Notes: generated from the sequence alone by a model not told the origin. A DNA stretch of 64,000 nt from Eledone cirrhosa (GCA_964016885.1 OZ024740.1:215574001-215638000), one strand, 5' to 3'. Numbered from the stretch's first letter, positions 27,420 to 40,019 are shown. A program made the numbers and translations.

Positions 27420-28395
27420 GATATATATGTCTGTGTGTGTGTGTGTGTATGCATATGTGTGTAGATATGTGTGTAGATATGTGTGTAGATATGAGTACGT
27501 GTGTATGTAAGTATGTGTTTATGCACGCTTGAGAATGTATGTGTGTAGTATGTGTGCGTGTATATGTAAGTATGTGTTTATACACAGTTGAGGATGTGTG
27601 TGTGTGTTGTATGTATGTATGTGTGTATGTATGTATGTGTTTATGCACGCTTAAGAATGTATGTGTGTAGTATGTGTGCGTGTGTATGTAAGTATGCGTT
27701 TGTGCACAGCTGAGAATGTGTGTCTTGTATGTGTACGGGTGTATGTATGTCTGTTTATGCACAGTTGAAAATGTGTGTGTGTTGTATGTGTACGTGTGTA
27801 TGTATGTCTGTTTATGTGCAGTTGATAATGTGTGTCTGTTGTATGTGTAAGTGCGTATGTATGTATGCTTATGCACAGTTGAAAATGTGTGTGTGTTGTA
27901 TGTATGTTTATACACGGTTGAGAATGTGTGTGTATAGGTTTAGTGTCAAAGAGGCGACGATGTTGATGGCGGTATAGATAGCAGTGAGGGTTGATGGCGG
28001 ACACGGTGTTAAATAGTTATCATTTAACACCATTGATTGTGAAAACACAGAATAGCTGGACATTTTCCAGATGAAGCTGGCAACAGAAGATGGGAACATG
28101 ACTTGAGGACTAGGCCAGAGATAACTACCAATACATAACCTATCTGTTGTAGACAAATGCTGTAGACGAACGTCTTTTGGAGGAGACCTTTAAAGCCGTA
28201 CAATATTATACAAGGAACTGTGATAGAATCTCTCAATCACGTGTGGACCACTGCCAATCATTTTATAAGAAACCACCGCCTCAATATTTCTGCTAGCGCC
28301 ATTTTATTTTGTCTTGACTCTTTTATCAAACCTCGTTTTTCTTTTCCATAGCAACACTGCTCACCAACCCACAACACCCAACACATCTCTCTGTC

Positions 28396-28480
<85 letters not shown>

Positions 28481-28617
28481 TGTCTTTAAAGCGTTGAAAT
28501 ATCCGAGACCCCCAGTAGACAACTGATGAGGAAAACTCCCCCTGTTCTTGCTTTTTCTTATTCTCATTCCATTTTAAGCTACCTTAACTACCAACTACAC
28601 AGCCAATACTATTCTCC

Positions 28618-28695
<78 letters not shown>

Positions 28696-28789
28696 GAAGT
28701 ATTTCCGTCAGAAAGATACAGGAAAAAAAGAGTGCTCTATGTAGGCTACAGAGCTTATTAGTTATGTAATAAACAACATAAGATAATTA

Positions 28790-28852
28790 TTTCATTTACC
28801 AGTTTTTTTCTTGAAGACAGATGTTGTTTCTGTCTTCAGTCGTCAGAATGAA
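28790..28852 (-). ncRNA. Type I hammerhead ribozyme (stem III partly degenerate)
   Basis: ttcatt CTGACGA ctgaagacaga(aacaaca)tctgtcttcaa GAAA aaaactgg TA aatgaa. Confidence 0.65.
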
Positions 28853-28961
28853 TAAAAAAAAAACATAGTGTTTTTATTAAATATGGATTTGAAAACAAAA
28901 TTTAGGAAATATGAAAGTGAGGCTGAAAAAAAACGGTCGAAAAGGAAATAAGGCAAAAAGA

Positions 28962-28995
<34 letters not shown>

Positions 28996-29239
28996 AAATA
29001 TCCAGATCGTAAACATACACACACTCAACTGCGCGCATATACCTAATAGTACGTAGACGTATACTTTCTCACATAAGCGTATTTGCGTCTACAAAGAAAT
29101 ACGGACAGGAACATAAATACATATACATACATATACACAGATATATATGCACTCACAAATCGGGAAGTAGTAAGGAAGCAGGAATAACTAAATAAATAAA
29201 TAAAAACAAAAAATACAAAAATATATGTGTATATATATA

Positions 29240-29441
29240 TAGTTATGTAATAAACAACATAAGGCAATTATTTCATTTACCAGTGGTTTCTTAAAAGCAA
29301 AAAAATGTTGCTTTCAATCATCAGAATGAAAAAATCCTGGCGTATTTATTGACGTTGGATTTTAAAAACAAAAATGCAATCTGTATGAAAGTGAGGCTGG
29401 AAAAGGAAGAAGGAAAGGAAAAATAAAATAAAAACACACAT

Positions 29442-29472
<31 letters not shown>

Positions 29473-29652
29473 ATTATATACATACACACATATATATATA
29501 TATACATACACACATACATACACACACACATACACACACACACACACACACAAATATATATGTGTATATATATACATACACATACATATACACATACATA
29601 CATACACACATAAATATCAACATATCCATACATACACATACATATATACAAC

Positions 29653-29688
<36 letters not shown>

Positions 29689-30094
29689 CACATACACATC
29701 CATATACATACATATATACATACACATACATACATATATACACACAATCATACGTATATACACACGTACATACATACACATACATACACACATATATACA
29801 CGCATACATACGCATGCACAAAAATAGAAATATATACACACACCTCTACATACTCACACACAAATAAATATAATAAAAAATAAAAATGAATATAAAGACT
29901 ATTATAATGTTGACAGCGATACAGGCAACAAATAAATGAACAAACACACGTGGTAAACAAACACACAAATGCACGTACACATACATACGTAAAAATAAAT
30001 ACATACACACACTCTCACATAAATATACATATACAAATACATAAACACATACATACGCATACACAATTACATACACACACACATATACATATAT

Positions 30095-30125
<31 letters not shown>

Positions 30126-30260
30126 CACATACATAACCATAGAAATATACACATACATATACATACATATCACAAACACATACATACAAATACAAATACA
30201 CACATATATATGTGTGTAAAACTCATTCTTAGATAATTCATATGAACCTTATTTAACTCT

Positions 30261-30310
<50 letters not shown>

Positions 30311-31175
30311 CACATATATACACATACATACATACACACATACACATATATACCTACACACACATATATACATACACATACGTATGCATGCGTACGTACA
30401 CACACATATACATATATAACTAAATATATATATATATATATGAGAAAGAACATAAATATTATATATATATATATAAAAAATAAATATTGTAATATAAAAA
30501 AATATAAAAAAATATTGTATATATAAAAATAAAAATAAAAATAAAAATAAAAATAAAAATAAAAATAAAAATAAAAATAAAAATAAAATTAAAAATAAAA
30601 ATAAAAATAAAAATAAAAATAAAAATAAAAATAAAAATAAAAATAAAAATAAAAATAAAAATAAAAATAAAAATAAAAATAAAAATAAAAATAAAAATAA
30701 AAATAAAAATAAAAATAAAAATGAAAATAAAAAGTTGGGAATACGACAAATAATAAATAAAAAAAAATATATTTAGAAAAGGGTATAAATGCTTAAAGCA
30801 GATTTAGAGCACTCAACAAGTTCCTGGAGCAAAAGATCAATGAAAATAATCATTAAATCACTATATGTAATGATGCATATACATACACGCTTATACATAT
30901 ATACATATAGACATACATATACACATATATATACATACACACAAAATCACAACCACAGAAATGCACACTCACATACAATTACGTATATATATATATATAT
31001 ATATATATATACAAGGGCGGTGCCCCAGCATGGCCTCAGCCGGATGGCTGAAACAGGTAAAAGAGTAAAAGAGTATATATACACACACACATAGGAAAAA
31101 GCCTGACCCCACGGCAGAGCTCAAGCCGTTTCTGAGGCTATTATATATATACACACAAAACCATTATATAAAAAA
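29240..31175 (-). mobile_element. Second copy of the about 1.9-kb microsatellite-rich hammerhead repeat
   Basis: Reverse complement of 8890-10801, with expanded (TAAAAA)n at 30523-30733 and an extra SINE tail at about 31012-31073. Confidence 0.8.
29271..29331 (-). ncRNA. Type I hammerhead ribozyme
   Basis: tttcatt CTGATGA ttgaaagcaa...ttgcttttaa GAAA ccactgg TA aatgaaa. Confidence 0.85.
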
Positions 31176-31748
31176 ATACATATACACGCACAAATATACA
31201 CACGCCCATACACACACATTAAATCTATATATACACACATACATACATACACATATATACATACATATATATATACACAGTTCAAGAGTAACCAATCTTA
31301 AAGACAGAGATTGAGATAGTAGAGGAGATATGAGAGGAAAGATTGGTGAGTTAGTTAGAAGCCAAAGCGTAAAGGCATGTGCTCAATGTGCAATATGCAG
31401 TAGAAAGCAGCTAGGTGGCTGGGTTCATGCAGAGGTTAGGTGCGCAGAGCTGGAAATATTAGGCAGATCTCACACAATGCAGCCTCGACAGATGAGTACT
31501 GCTTGATTATGGCTGACAGCTGATGAAACAAAGGCACCATAGTAAAAACTAATATATGGAACATTATATTATGTAACATTATTTTAATTTATATTCCTTT
31601 GAGTTCCGATGAGCCACTCTGTTTTTTTAAATATGTTAATTATTTTCAACTGAACCAGATCAATTATGATACATAGTCATCTGATCCAGAAATATTATAC
31701 GGAGTAGCGAAACAATTGTAACGGGCATTATTATTATTAATATTATTA

Positions 31749-31868
31749 TCCCGCCGAGGTTAACTTTGTCTTTCATCCTTACGGGGTCGATAAAATAAAG
31801 TACCAGTAATGCACTAGGTAATTGCTGGCGTTGTGCCAAAAGGAGAAACAATTATTATTATTATTATT
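31749..31868 (+). mobile_element. 5'-truncated tRNA-derived SINE
   Basis: cccgccgaggttaactttgtctttcatccttacggggtcgataaaataaagtaccag core, (TTA)n tail; same family as 34105-34295. Confidence 0.8.
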
Positions 31869-32164
31869 CTCTACATTCCTTACATCAAACTAAATATCTT
31901 GACAATCTTTTAATGAAATTTGTGAAATTTGTGGTCTTGTTTTGCTTAACTAATGAATATATATATGTATATATATATATACACACATGTATACACACAT
32001 ACATACATACATATAAATATATACACACACGCGCAGAAATACAACAGAAATATATAATATATACGATTATATATACATATACATATACATACAGATAGAT
32101 ATAAACATACATACACACACATATATACATACACATATACATATACACACACATGTACATATAC

Positions 32165-32249
<85 letters not shown>

Positions 32250-32500
32250 CATATACATATATACACACATACATACATATACGCAACACAAAAAAAATTT
32301 TAATATCTAAAAATAAAAAATGTTTGGTATGTGAAGGGTAAGGCAAGAAGAAAATAGGGGGGAAAAAGAGGGGGGAAATAAATGACACAGGAAAAGGTTT
32401 AAATATAAGGGGAGATAAGGGAGAAAGAGAATACAAGAGTACAGAACGTGGATTCAGCAGGTAAAAAAACCGTAGTGGAAGTAAAGAGCAGAGAAGGAGT

Positions 32501-33850
32501 TCAAGGTGGTTGAGTTATCATAGGAATGTCAATCCAGTTACAGATCAGATGTGATTTCACATGAGGATATCTGAAGATCTCGGTCTTTGAGTTCAGGCAA
32601 GCAGAAGTGGCTTTCAAGTTTAGCAAAATCCTATATTTTTCTGTGGTACACAAAGAACAATTCTTTGTGCCCCTTTGGTACTCCCTCGAACGGTCTAAAA
32701 TAGACCAATCGATAGAGTACGGGATGTTTTTATCCTTGAATTCCCACACCTTACTTGCGAGGGCCGTTGCTGTTCGTTTATCGGAGTGCTTAAAAGAAGC
32801 GACATGTGCATAAAACCTGGTTTTAAACCTGTCCTGGGTCATGCCAACATATCTCTCACTCCTGGCTGGCTGGTTGTTGATTAAAGGTGTCACTTTAGCC
32901 TCATAAACAACAGATTTGGTGTTACATTTGCCCTGTAATGGGCATTCTTCCGGCTTCCTGCAACTGCATCCTGGATTTGTTCTCGTATGATTTGAATTAG
33001 TGATTTTGGACTTCATTGATGGGCAACAAGAGTAACTGATCTTAACTACATTTCTATTAAATATCTTATATCTATGATTAGGAGGAAAATGTTTATCTAA
33101 GAGTTCAAGGAATTTCCTTCTTACATTAATTTTGACAGTTAGAGACAAGGGGGGGGGGGGGGGTGTAAACCAAATAATTTTCCTTTTCCTATTATTGTGG
33201 TTAGTTTTAGGGGAGGGGGAGTAGGTAAATAATAAATTTGTTCTGTAAAACCGCTGTTTTTAAGGGCTTTATTATAATAAGGGGCGGATTTATTAAAAAT
33301 GTCTATAGACGAAGATAAGGTAGAAATCCTACGGCTAATGTTGGGAATAAGATTTTTAAAAACTATAAGGGGATGGCAAGACTCTTTGTGTATATACCTA
33401 AGATTTTCATTAGGTTTATGATAAGGTTTAAAAGAGGCGGTAAGTAGATCAAGATTAATGTCAAGAAAGTTAGCATTGGTAAGGTTCGTATCTATAGTAA
33501 TTTTAAGGTCAAGATTAGCAAAAGTATTGATTAAATCTTTACGGAATTTATCAAGGTTATGGCCGTTGGTGGTATGAGAAACTGCCAATCCGTCATCACG
33601 GTATAAACCGATATTATGGGAAGGAAATCTCTCTTTGAGGGTGTGGAGAAGGAATAATCCTACTAAGTCACACACATCCGCACTGTCATATGAACCCATT
33701 GCAACATCGAAAGAGTTTTCAGGGTTTGACTTTTTAACCCAAATATTTTCATTAGCAAAGAGTAAAGTTTTTCTAGCATGAAAGATAATGTCTTCTTCTA
33801 ATTTAGAAATATTAATGAAGGGTCTTGCAAACTCTAAGGCATTAGTTAGT
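32501..33850 (-). mobile_element. 5'-truncated Penelope-like element: RT C-terminal half plus C-terminal GIY-YIG endonuclease
   Basis: FDVAMGSYDSADVCDLVG, GLYRDDGL, NFLDI, PYHKPN; then CSCRKPEECPLQGKC, VVYEA...YVGMT...FKTRF..H, CSLCTTEK; frameshift at the poly-G run near 33148-33164. Confidence 0.9.
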
Positions 33851-33968
33851 ATATATATATATATAGTATTGAAGTTTCCGTTGAAAAATTGAAAAAGTCA
33901 GAGGAATGAAGAGTGCTCTATGTAAGTTACAGAGCTAAATATTTAATGTATAATAAACAATACAATAT

Positions 33969-34046
33969 AATTACCTCAATACCAAAGGTTTTCCGAATAA
34001 GACGAATACAAGAAACGTCCGCATTCGTTCGTCAGACAAGGCAATT
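33969..34046 (-). ncRNA. Degenerate hammerhead in a pLTR-like segment upstream of the PLE ORF
   Basis: aattgccttgt CTGACGA acgaat...attcg GAAA acctttgg TA ttgaggtaatt; flank gagtgctctatgta..acagagct shared with 7455-7480 and 28730-28755. Confidence 0.55.
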
Positions 34047-34104
34047 TAAAACATAGTGAAATATTTGAAAAATCTCCTCAAGAAAGGCAAAAAATAAATA
34101 AAAG

Positions 34105-34295
34105 TAATAATTGTTTCTACTTTTGGCACAAGGCCAGCAATTACCCAGTGCATTAGTGGTACTTTATTTTATCGACCCCGTAAGGATGAAAGGCAAAGTC
34201 AACCTCGGCGGGATTTGAACTCAGATCGTAAAGGGACGTAACTATGCTGGAAAGCATGGCGTCCGACCCTCTACCGATACTGCCAATCCACCGCC
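34105..34295 (-). mobile_element. tRNA-derived SINE (octopus OK-like, Meta-domain-like core)
   Basis: Box A-like TGGCAGTATCGG, box B GAGTTCAAATCC, core GCCGAGGTTGACTTTGCCTTTCATCCTTACGGGGTCGATAAAAT. Family name is from recall, not a search. Confidence 0.8.
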
Positions 34296-35122
34296 AAATA
34301 AATAAATACTGCCAATCCACCATCCAAATAAATAAAAGTAATAATACGAGAAATTTATAAAAAATAAAAATAAAGAAATATAGTAAGGGGATGTGTGTAT
34401 ATGTGTGTATATGCACATACATATGTACATATGTACATGTGTGTGTATGTACAACTGCATGTGTACAGTGAAAAAATGTGTGCGTAATTACATACATGAG
34501 GGAAACATATTGGTGTATGTGTGACTACAAATACATATATATACATGTATATATGTTGAAAATAGAAATTGTAAGATAATGGAGTTAGCGTACATACAGA
34601 ATTAGGGACTAAGAGCTGAAATATATACACATACAAGGATGAAAGGACGCACGCTTATAAACATACACACACGCGCAACCACATACATGTATGTGATATA
34701 TACAGGGAAGGGAGTGTATAAAATCAACGCAGTGTCAGACGGAAGGTCGATACAAATATAAAATATGATGAATAAACAGAAAAACTTGTAAAACTTAATG
34801 CCTATATCACTCTTAAAGATCACAAATCTGATTTTAATAATCGTCCCAGTTGTAGATTAATTAACCCTGCTAAGACTGAAATCGGCCTTGCTGGCTCAGC
34901 TCTCAGGTTGCTAGGTGATGAACTGAGTGATGTACACAAAATATTCTAAATGAATCGAATTTCTCTTTTAATTGGAGAAAGAAAACAAGCCTCTAGCGAC
35001 ACTGACAAAGAAAGAAAGGGAGATAATTTTAAGAAATCTATAATAAATTGTATAGAAATTAATTCTAGATTAAATGGAGAAATATGAGGAAAAATAAAAA
35101 TAATGTATTTGTACATATTTGT

Positions 35123-35182
<60 letters not shown>

Positions 35183-35466
35183 AAATAACGAAACGAAATT
35201 AAATTTCGTTTCGCTTCTAACTCACTTTTGTATGACTGACGCTTAAACAATTAAGTTAAAGTGTACATCTACATATGTATACGGAAGTATTAGTATGCAT
35301 ATAAATACACACATGTATACATATGTACATGTACTCAGCTTTTCACTAGACACTTTACAGTGAGTGTCAGCTAGTCTGTATGTAACCACACAGACGGACC
35401 GGGTTTTAGAGTCATACGGGTTTTCAAGGAAACACATTTCCTCTATTCTCCAGAGGGCCAGACAGG

Positions 35467-35511
35467 AATATTGGACTAGTTTCGATGTTATTACATCTCA
35501 TCAGCAATATT
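35467..35511 (-). ncRNA. Type I minimal hammerhead ribozyme, copy 1
   Basis: aatattg CTGATGA gatgt(aata)acatc GAAA ctag TC caatatt. Confidence 0.92.
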
Positions 35512-35935
35512 TACCCATCTTCCGGCTTCTCTGGAGAATTGTAAAAGCACATATCGTTATATGCTTTTTCTATGAAAATTAGTAGTGGGTAGACTAATTT
35601 GCATAGAACGTGAGTCATTGTACGCACCGGTTCAGCGGAAACGATAAAAACAAATAACGAAACGAAATTAAATTTCGTTTCGCTTCTAACTCACTTTTGT
35701 ATGACTGACGCTTAAACAATTAAGTTAAAGTGTACATCTACATATGTATACGGAAGTATTAGTATGCATATAAATACACACATGTATACATATGTACATG
35801 TACTCAGCTTTTCACTAGACACTTTACAGTGAGTGTCAGCTAGTCTGTATGTAACCACACAGACGGACCGGGTTTTAGAGTCATACGGGTTTTCAAGGAA
35901 ACACATTTCCTCTATTCTCCAGAGGGCCAGACAGG

Positions 35936-35980
35936 AATATTGGACTAGTTTCGATGTTATTACATCTCATCAGCAATATT
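35936..35980 (-). ncRNA. Type I minimal hammerhead ribozyme, copy 2
   Basis: Identical to copy 1, 469 bp away. Confidence 0.92.
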
Positions 35981-36480
35981 TACCCATCTTCCGGCTTCTC
36001 TGGAGAATTGTAAAAGCACATATCGTTATATGCTTTTTCTATGAAAATTAGTAGTGGGTAGACTAATTTGCATAGAACGTGAGTCATTGTACGCACCGGT
36101 TCAGCGGAAACGATAAAAACAAATAACGAAACGAAATTAAATTTCGTTTCGCTTCTAACTCACTTTTGTATGACTGACGCTTAAACAATTAAGTTAAAGT
36201 GTACATCTACATATGTATACGGAAGTATTAGTATGCATATAAATACACACATGTATACATATGTACATGTACTCAGCTTTTCACTAGACACTTTACAGTG
36301 AGTGTCAGCTAGTCTGTATGTAACCACACAGACGGACCGGGTTTTAGAGTCATACGGGTTTTCAAGGAAACACATTTCCTCTATTCTATGCAAATTAGTC
36401 TACCCACTACTAATTTTCATAGAAAAAGCATATAACGATATGTGCTTTTACAATTCTCCAGAGAAGCCGGAAGATGGGTA

Positions 36481-36525
36481 AATATTGCTGATGAGATGTA
36501 ATAACATCGAAACTAGTCCAATATT
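36481..36525 (+). ncRNA. Type I minimal hammerhead ribozyme, copy 3
   Basis: aatattgctgatgagatgtaataacatcgaaactagtccaatatt read directly. Confidence 0.92.
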
Positions 36526-36949
36526 CCTGTCTGGCCCTCTGGAGAATAGAGGAAATGTGTTTCCTTGAAAACCCGTATGACTCTAAAACCCGGTCCGTCT
36601 GTGTGGTTACATACAGACTAGCTGACACTCACTGTAAAGTGTCTAGTGAAAAGCTGAGTACATGTACATATGTATACATGTGTGTATTTATATGCATACT
36701 AATACTTCCGTATACATATGTAGATGTACACTTTAACTTAATTGTTTAAGCGTCAGTCATACAAAAGTGAGTTAGAAGCGAAACGAAATTTAATTTCGTT
36801 TCGTTATTTGTTTTTATCGTTTCCGCTGAACCGGTGCGTACAATGACTCACGTTCTATGCAAATTAGTCTACCCACTACTAATTTTCATAGAAAAAGCAT
36901 ATAACGATATGTGCTTTTACAATTCTCCAGAGAAGCCGGAAGATGGGTA

Positions 36950-36994
36950 AATATTGCTGATGAGATGTAATAACATCGAAACTAGTCCAATATT
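36950..36994 (+). ncRNA. Type I minimal hammerhead ribozyme, copy 4
   Basis: Identical to copy 3, 469 bp downstream. Confidence 0.92.
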
Positions 36995-37209
36995 CCTGTC
37001 TGGCCCTCTGGAGAATAGAGGAAATGTGTTTCCTTGAAAACCCGTATGACTCTAAAACCCGGTCCGTCTGTGTGGTTACATACAGACTAGCTGACACTCA
37101 CTGTAAAGTGTCTAGTGAAAAGCTGAGTACATGTACATATGTATACATGTGTGTATTTATATGCATACTAATACTTCCGTATACATATGTAGATGTACAC
37201 TTTAACTTA

Positions 37210-37249
<40 letters not shown>

Positions 37250-37330
37250 TTTATCCCGTGTTCAATCGGGGGTAACCACAGTAAGTAACGTACTCAATAT
37301 AACGCAGAGTATAAATATTTAATATAGAAA

Positions 37331-37381
37331 GGCTTCTACAGGACTAGAACTGTTTCATTCGGGAGAAATCATCAGGAAGCC
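37331..37381 (-). ncRNA. Type I hammerhead ribozyme within palindrome 37316-37440
   Basis: ggcttc CTGATGA tttc(tccc)gaat GAAA cag(ttctagtc)ctg TA gaagcc; the mirror copy on the plus strand starts at 37381 and lacks most of the 5' stem I strand. Confidence 0.82.
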
Positions 37382-37935
37382 TGATGATTTCTGTCGAATG
37401 AAACAGTCCTAGTCCCGTAGAAGCCTTTCTATATTAAATATATATATATATATATATATCCAAATATTCAAGATAAATAGGTAATCCGCTGGCTGTACAG
37501 GATGGTAAAATAGAGCAGTCACAAGGTGTAGGAAATTATCCAGGTTCCAAATACAAGGATTGCCGCGTTAACAGTGAAAATAATAAGACTTTTAGTATCT
37601 CTGCTTTGTCATTTCCTTGAACTAGTACCTCTGTTTGCTGTCTCTTTGGACTCTCTCTCTCTCTCTCACTTTTCTCTCTCTTTCTCTCTCTCTTTCTCTC
37701 CCTCTTTCTCTCTCTCTCTCTATATATATATGTATGTGGGTGTGGGTGTGGGTGTATGTGTGTCTGTGTGTATGTCCATGTGTGTGTATGAGTGTATGTA
37801 TGTATGCATGTATATATGCATGTATGTATGTATATATGTATGTGTAGTTATAAGTACAAGCGCAATTATATTTACATGCATATACATACATCAAACATAT
37901 ATATATATATATATGTACAAATGTAGTTGTATGTG

Positions 37936-38038
<103 letters not shown>

Positions 38039-38508
38039 GTATGTATATATACCTTTGTGTTTGTCTATGTGCCTGTTTCTGTGTTAGATGGCTTTATATG
38101 CCAAAGGGGTGGACCAAATTAATATGTATGAATATCTAGGTATCTTTCTCTACCTCTCATTACATATATATATATATATATATACGGATACATACATATT
38201 ACATTATAATGCTGTTTACATTTGAAAATACTTCCCATAAAGCTAATCTAAAAGACATGTAGAATTTTCCTATATTGGAAATAGAATTATGAATCGATAA
38301 TAGTCCATTAGAAAGAGATTATATTGCAAGTATATTTTCGGAGCGAAAACTTTAGCAGCAATACATAAACGTTTATCTAAAGTTTAAGGTAAATTATAAG
38401 AAAATATTAGATGTTATATTCTGGCTATTTAAGTAAATATCATGATGTCCACTGACAAATGTTTTGTCTATATTGCAATATACTGTAATCTGAATATACT
38501 GTGTATAC

Positions 38509-38539
<31 letters not shown>

Positions 38540-38710
38540 TGTATGTATGTATGTATGTATGTATGTATGTATGTGTGTGTGTATGTATGTATATTTATGT
38601 AATATATATATGTACATATGTTCATACATGCATAAATACGTACATACACACATTTACACCCACACACGCACACACGCACACACACATTTACATGCACATA
38701 CGCACACACG

Positions 38711-38863
<153 letters not shown>

Positions 38864-39061
38864 ACATATACATACGTTTCTGTGTGGTATGTTATACATG
38901 CAACCTTTTAGACAGACACTGCAATATTTATGCGAACTGCTGTAAACTGTAAACTATATTATTTATTAGTCAGAGGTGAAGCAAAGAGAAGAAAAAAGAG
39001 AAAGACTATGAGGAGAAGAGAATGAAGGGAAAGGAGAGAGAGAGAGAGAGTGAAAGAGAGA

Positions 39062-39097
<36 letters not shown>

Positions 39098-39195
39098 CCT
39101 CTAGCTCTTCCAGATCTTAGTGGACCAGGAGTCGAAAATGATCAAGCAATGCATTATTGTCCCTATACCCTTATACAATGAAAAACTACCAGTCT

Positions 39196-39502
39196 GAGGG
39201 CAGGATTTAATGGCGGCATAAAGGGGGCAATTGTCCTGGGCCCCCTACAGTGAGAGGGGGGGTACAAGGGACGGTCGTAGCAGTTTATTTGTGCCCTCAG
39301 CTGGGCTTTTAAGTTTAAGGATGGGTAGAATATTTGAATCTAATACCTGTATGTATAACTTTTCTATTTCAATTACTTGCACCAAGCTAACTTTGATATG
39401 TAAAATTGGGCGGGGGTTTTGCCGTGTGTTCTAATTTTTTGTGTATGAGGTTCCCGCAAATATGAAGTGCCCCGGGTTCCCCATGGTCTAAATCCGACTC
39501 TG
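39196..39502. mobile_element. Putative hAT-like MITE
   Basis: Imperfect TIRs gagggcaggattta ... taaatccgactctg; no clear TSD. Confidence 0.45.
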
Positions 39503-40019
39503 TCTGAGAGAGAGGATATCTTGAAGCTGGTCATTAAAATGCTAGCAGTATTGGAGTTGGAATAGTACATTGTCAAAGATCTACCAACCATATATTAGAT
39601 ATTTTACTATATGGAAGCTACGAAAAGATTCAAGAACTGAAACTTTTAGCTGCTTTATAGTTGCCTTTGTTTAACACCTCTTTCTTATTTATGTTTCTTT
39701 TACCCCCCCCCCCCCCCCCCCCCCCCCCCCACACACACACACAGTCCCTCCCTCCTCTCTCTCTTTCTTGTTTTGTTTCTTAACTGTAAGAGGCATTAGA
39801 TAACTCTCTTGGTCTGTCTTAGCTCACTAGCTCTATGAATGTATGTATGGTCCTATAACTACCGAGGGAGTCGTAGGGGCGCCATATTGACATAATGCTT
39901 AGCTAGGGCATTTTAAAACCTGGCAGAGCCCATATCCTTTCTGAGCCTGAGCACTGTAGATTTCTTCCAGAGAAGAATAGAGAGTGAGAGAATGGAAGTA
40001 AGAAAGAGATATAAAGGAA

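Larger units (their letters stand above)
35179..37214. mobile_element. 469-bp hammerhead-containing tandem array (about 2.6 copies minus-sense plus 1.8 copies plus-sense): non-LTR retrozyme-like element
   Basis: Apparently identical units starting about 35179, 35648 and 36117; inversion at 36384-36387; four perfect hammerheads; (TA)n on both flanks. Confidence 0.88.

Noticed and set aside
27930-28270. Possible decayed LINE fragments (also 14760-15360, 25200-25560 and 40110-40560)
   Set aside because: Too degenerate to assign without a search.
28520-28560. CTGATGA at 28523 (and at 15343)
   Set aside because: No correctly placed GAAA, stem III or cleavage triplet.
34200-34295. tRNA gene
   Set aside because: A and B boxes belong to a SINE head; no cloverleaf.
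35243-37248. Repeated 64-74 aa ORFs in the 469-bp units
   Set aside because: Short, overlapping on both strands, no recognisable motif, and not evident in the 425-bp relative; RNA structure explains the unit better.
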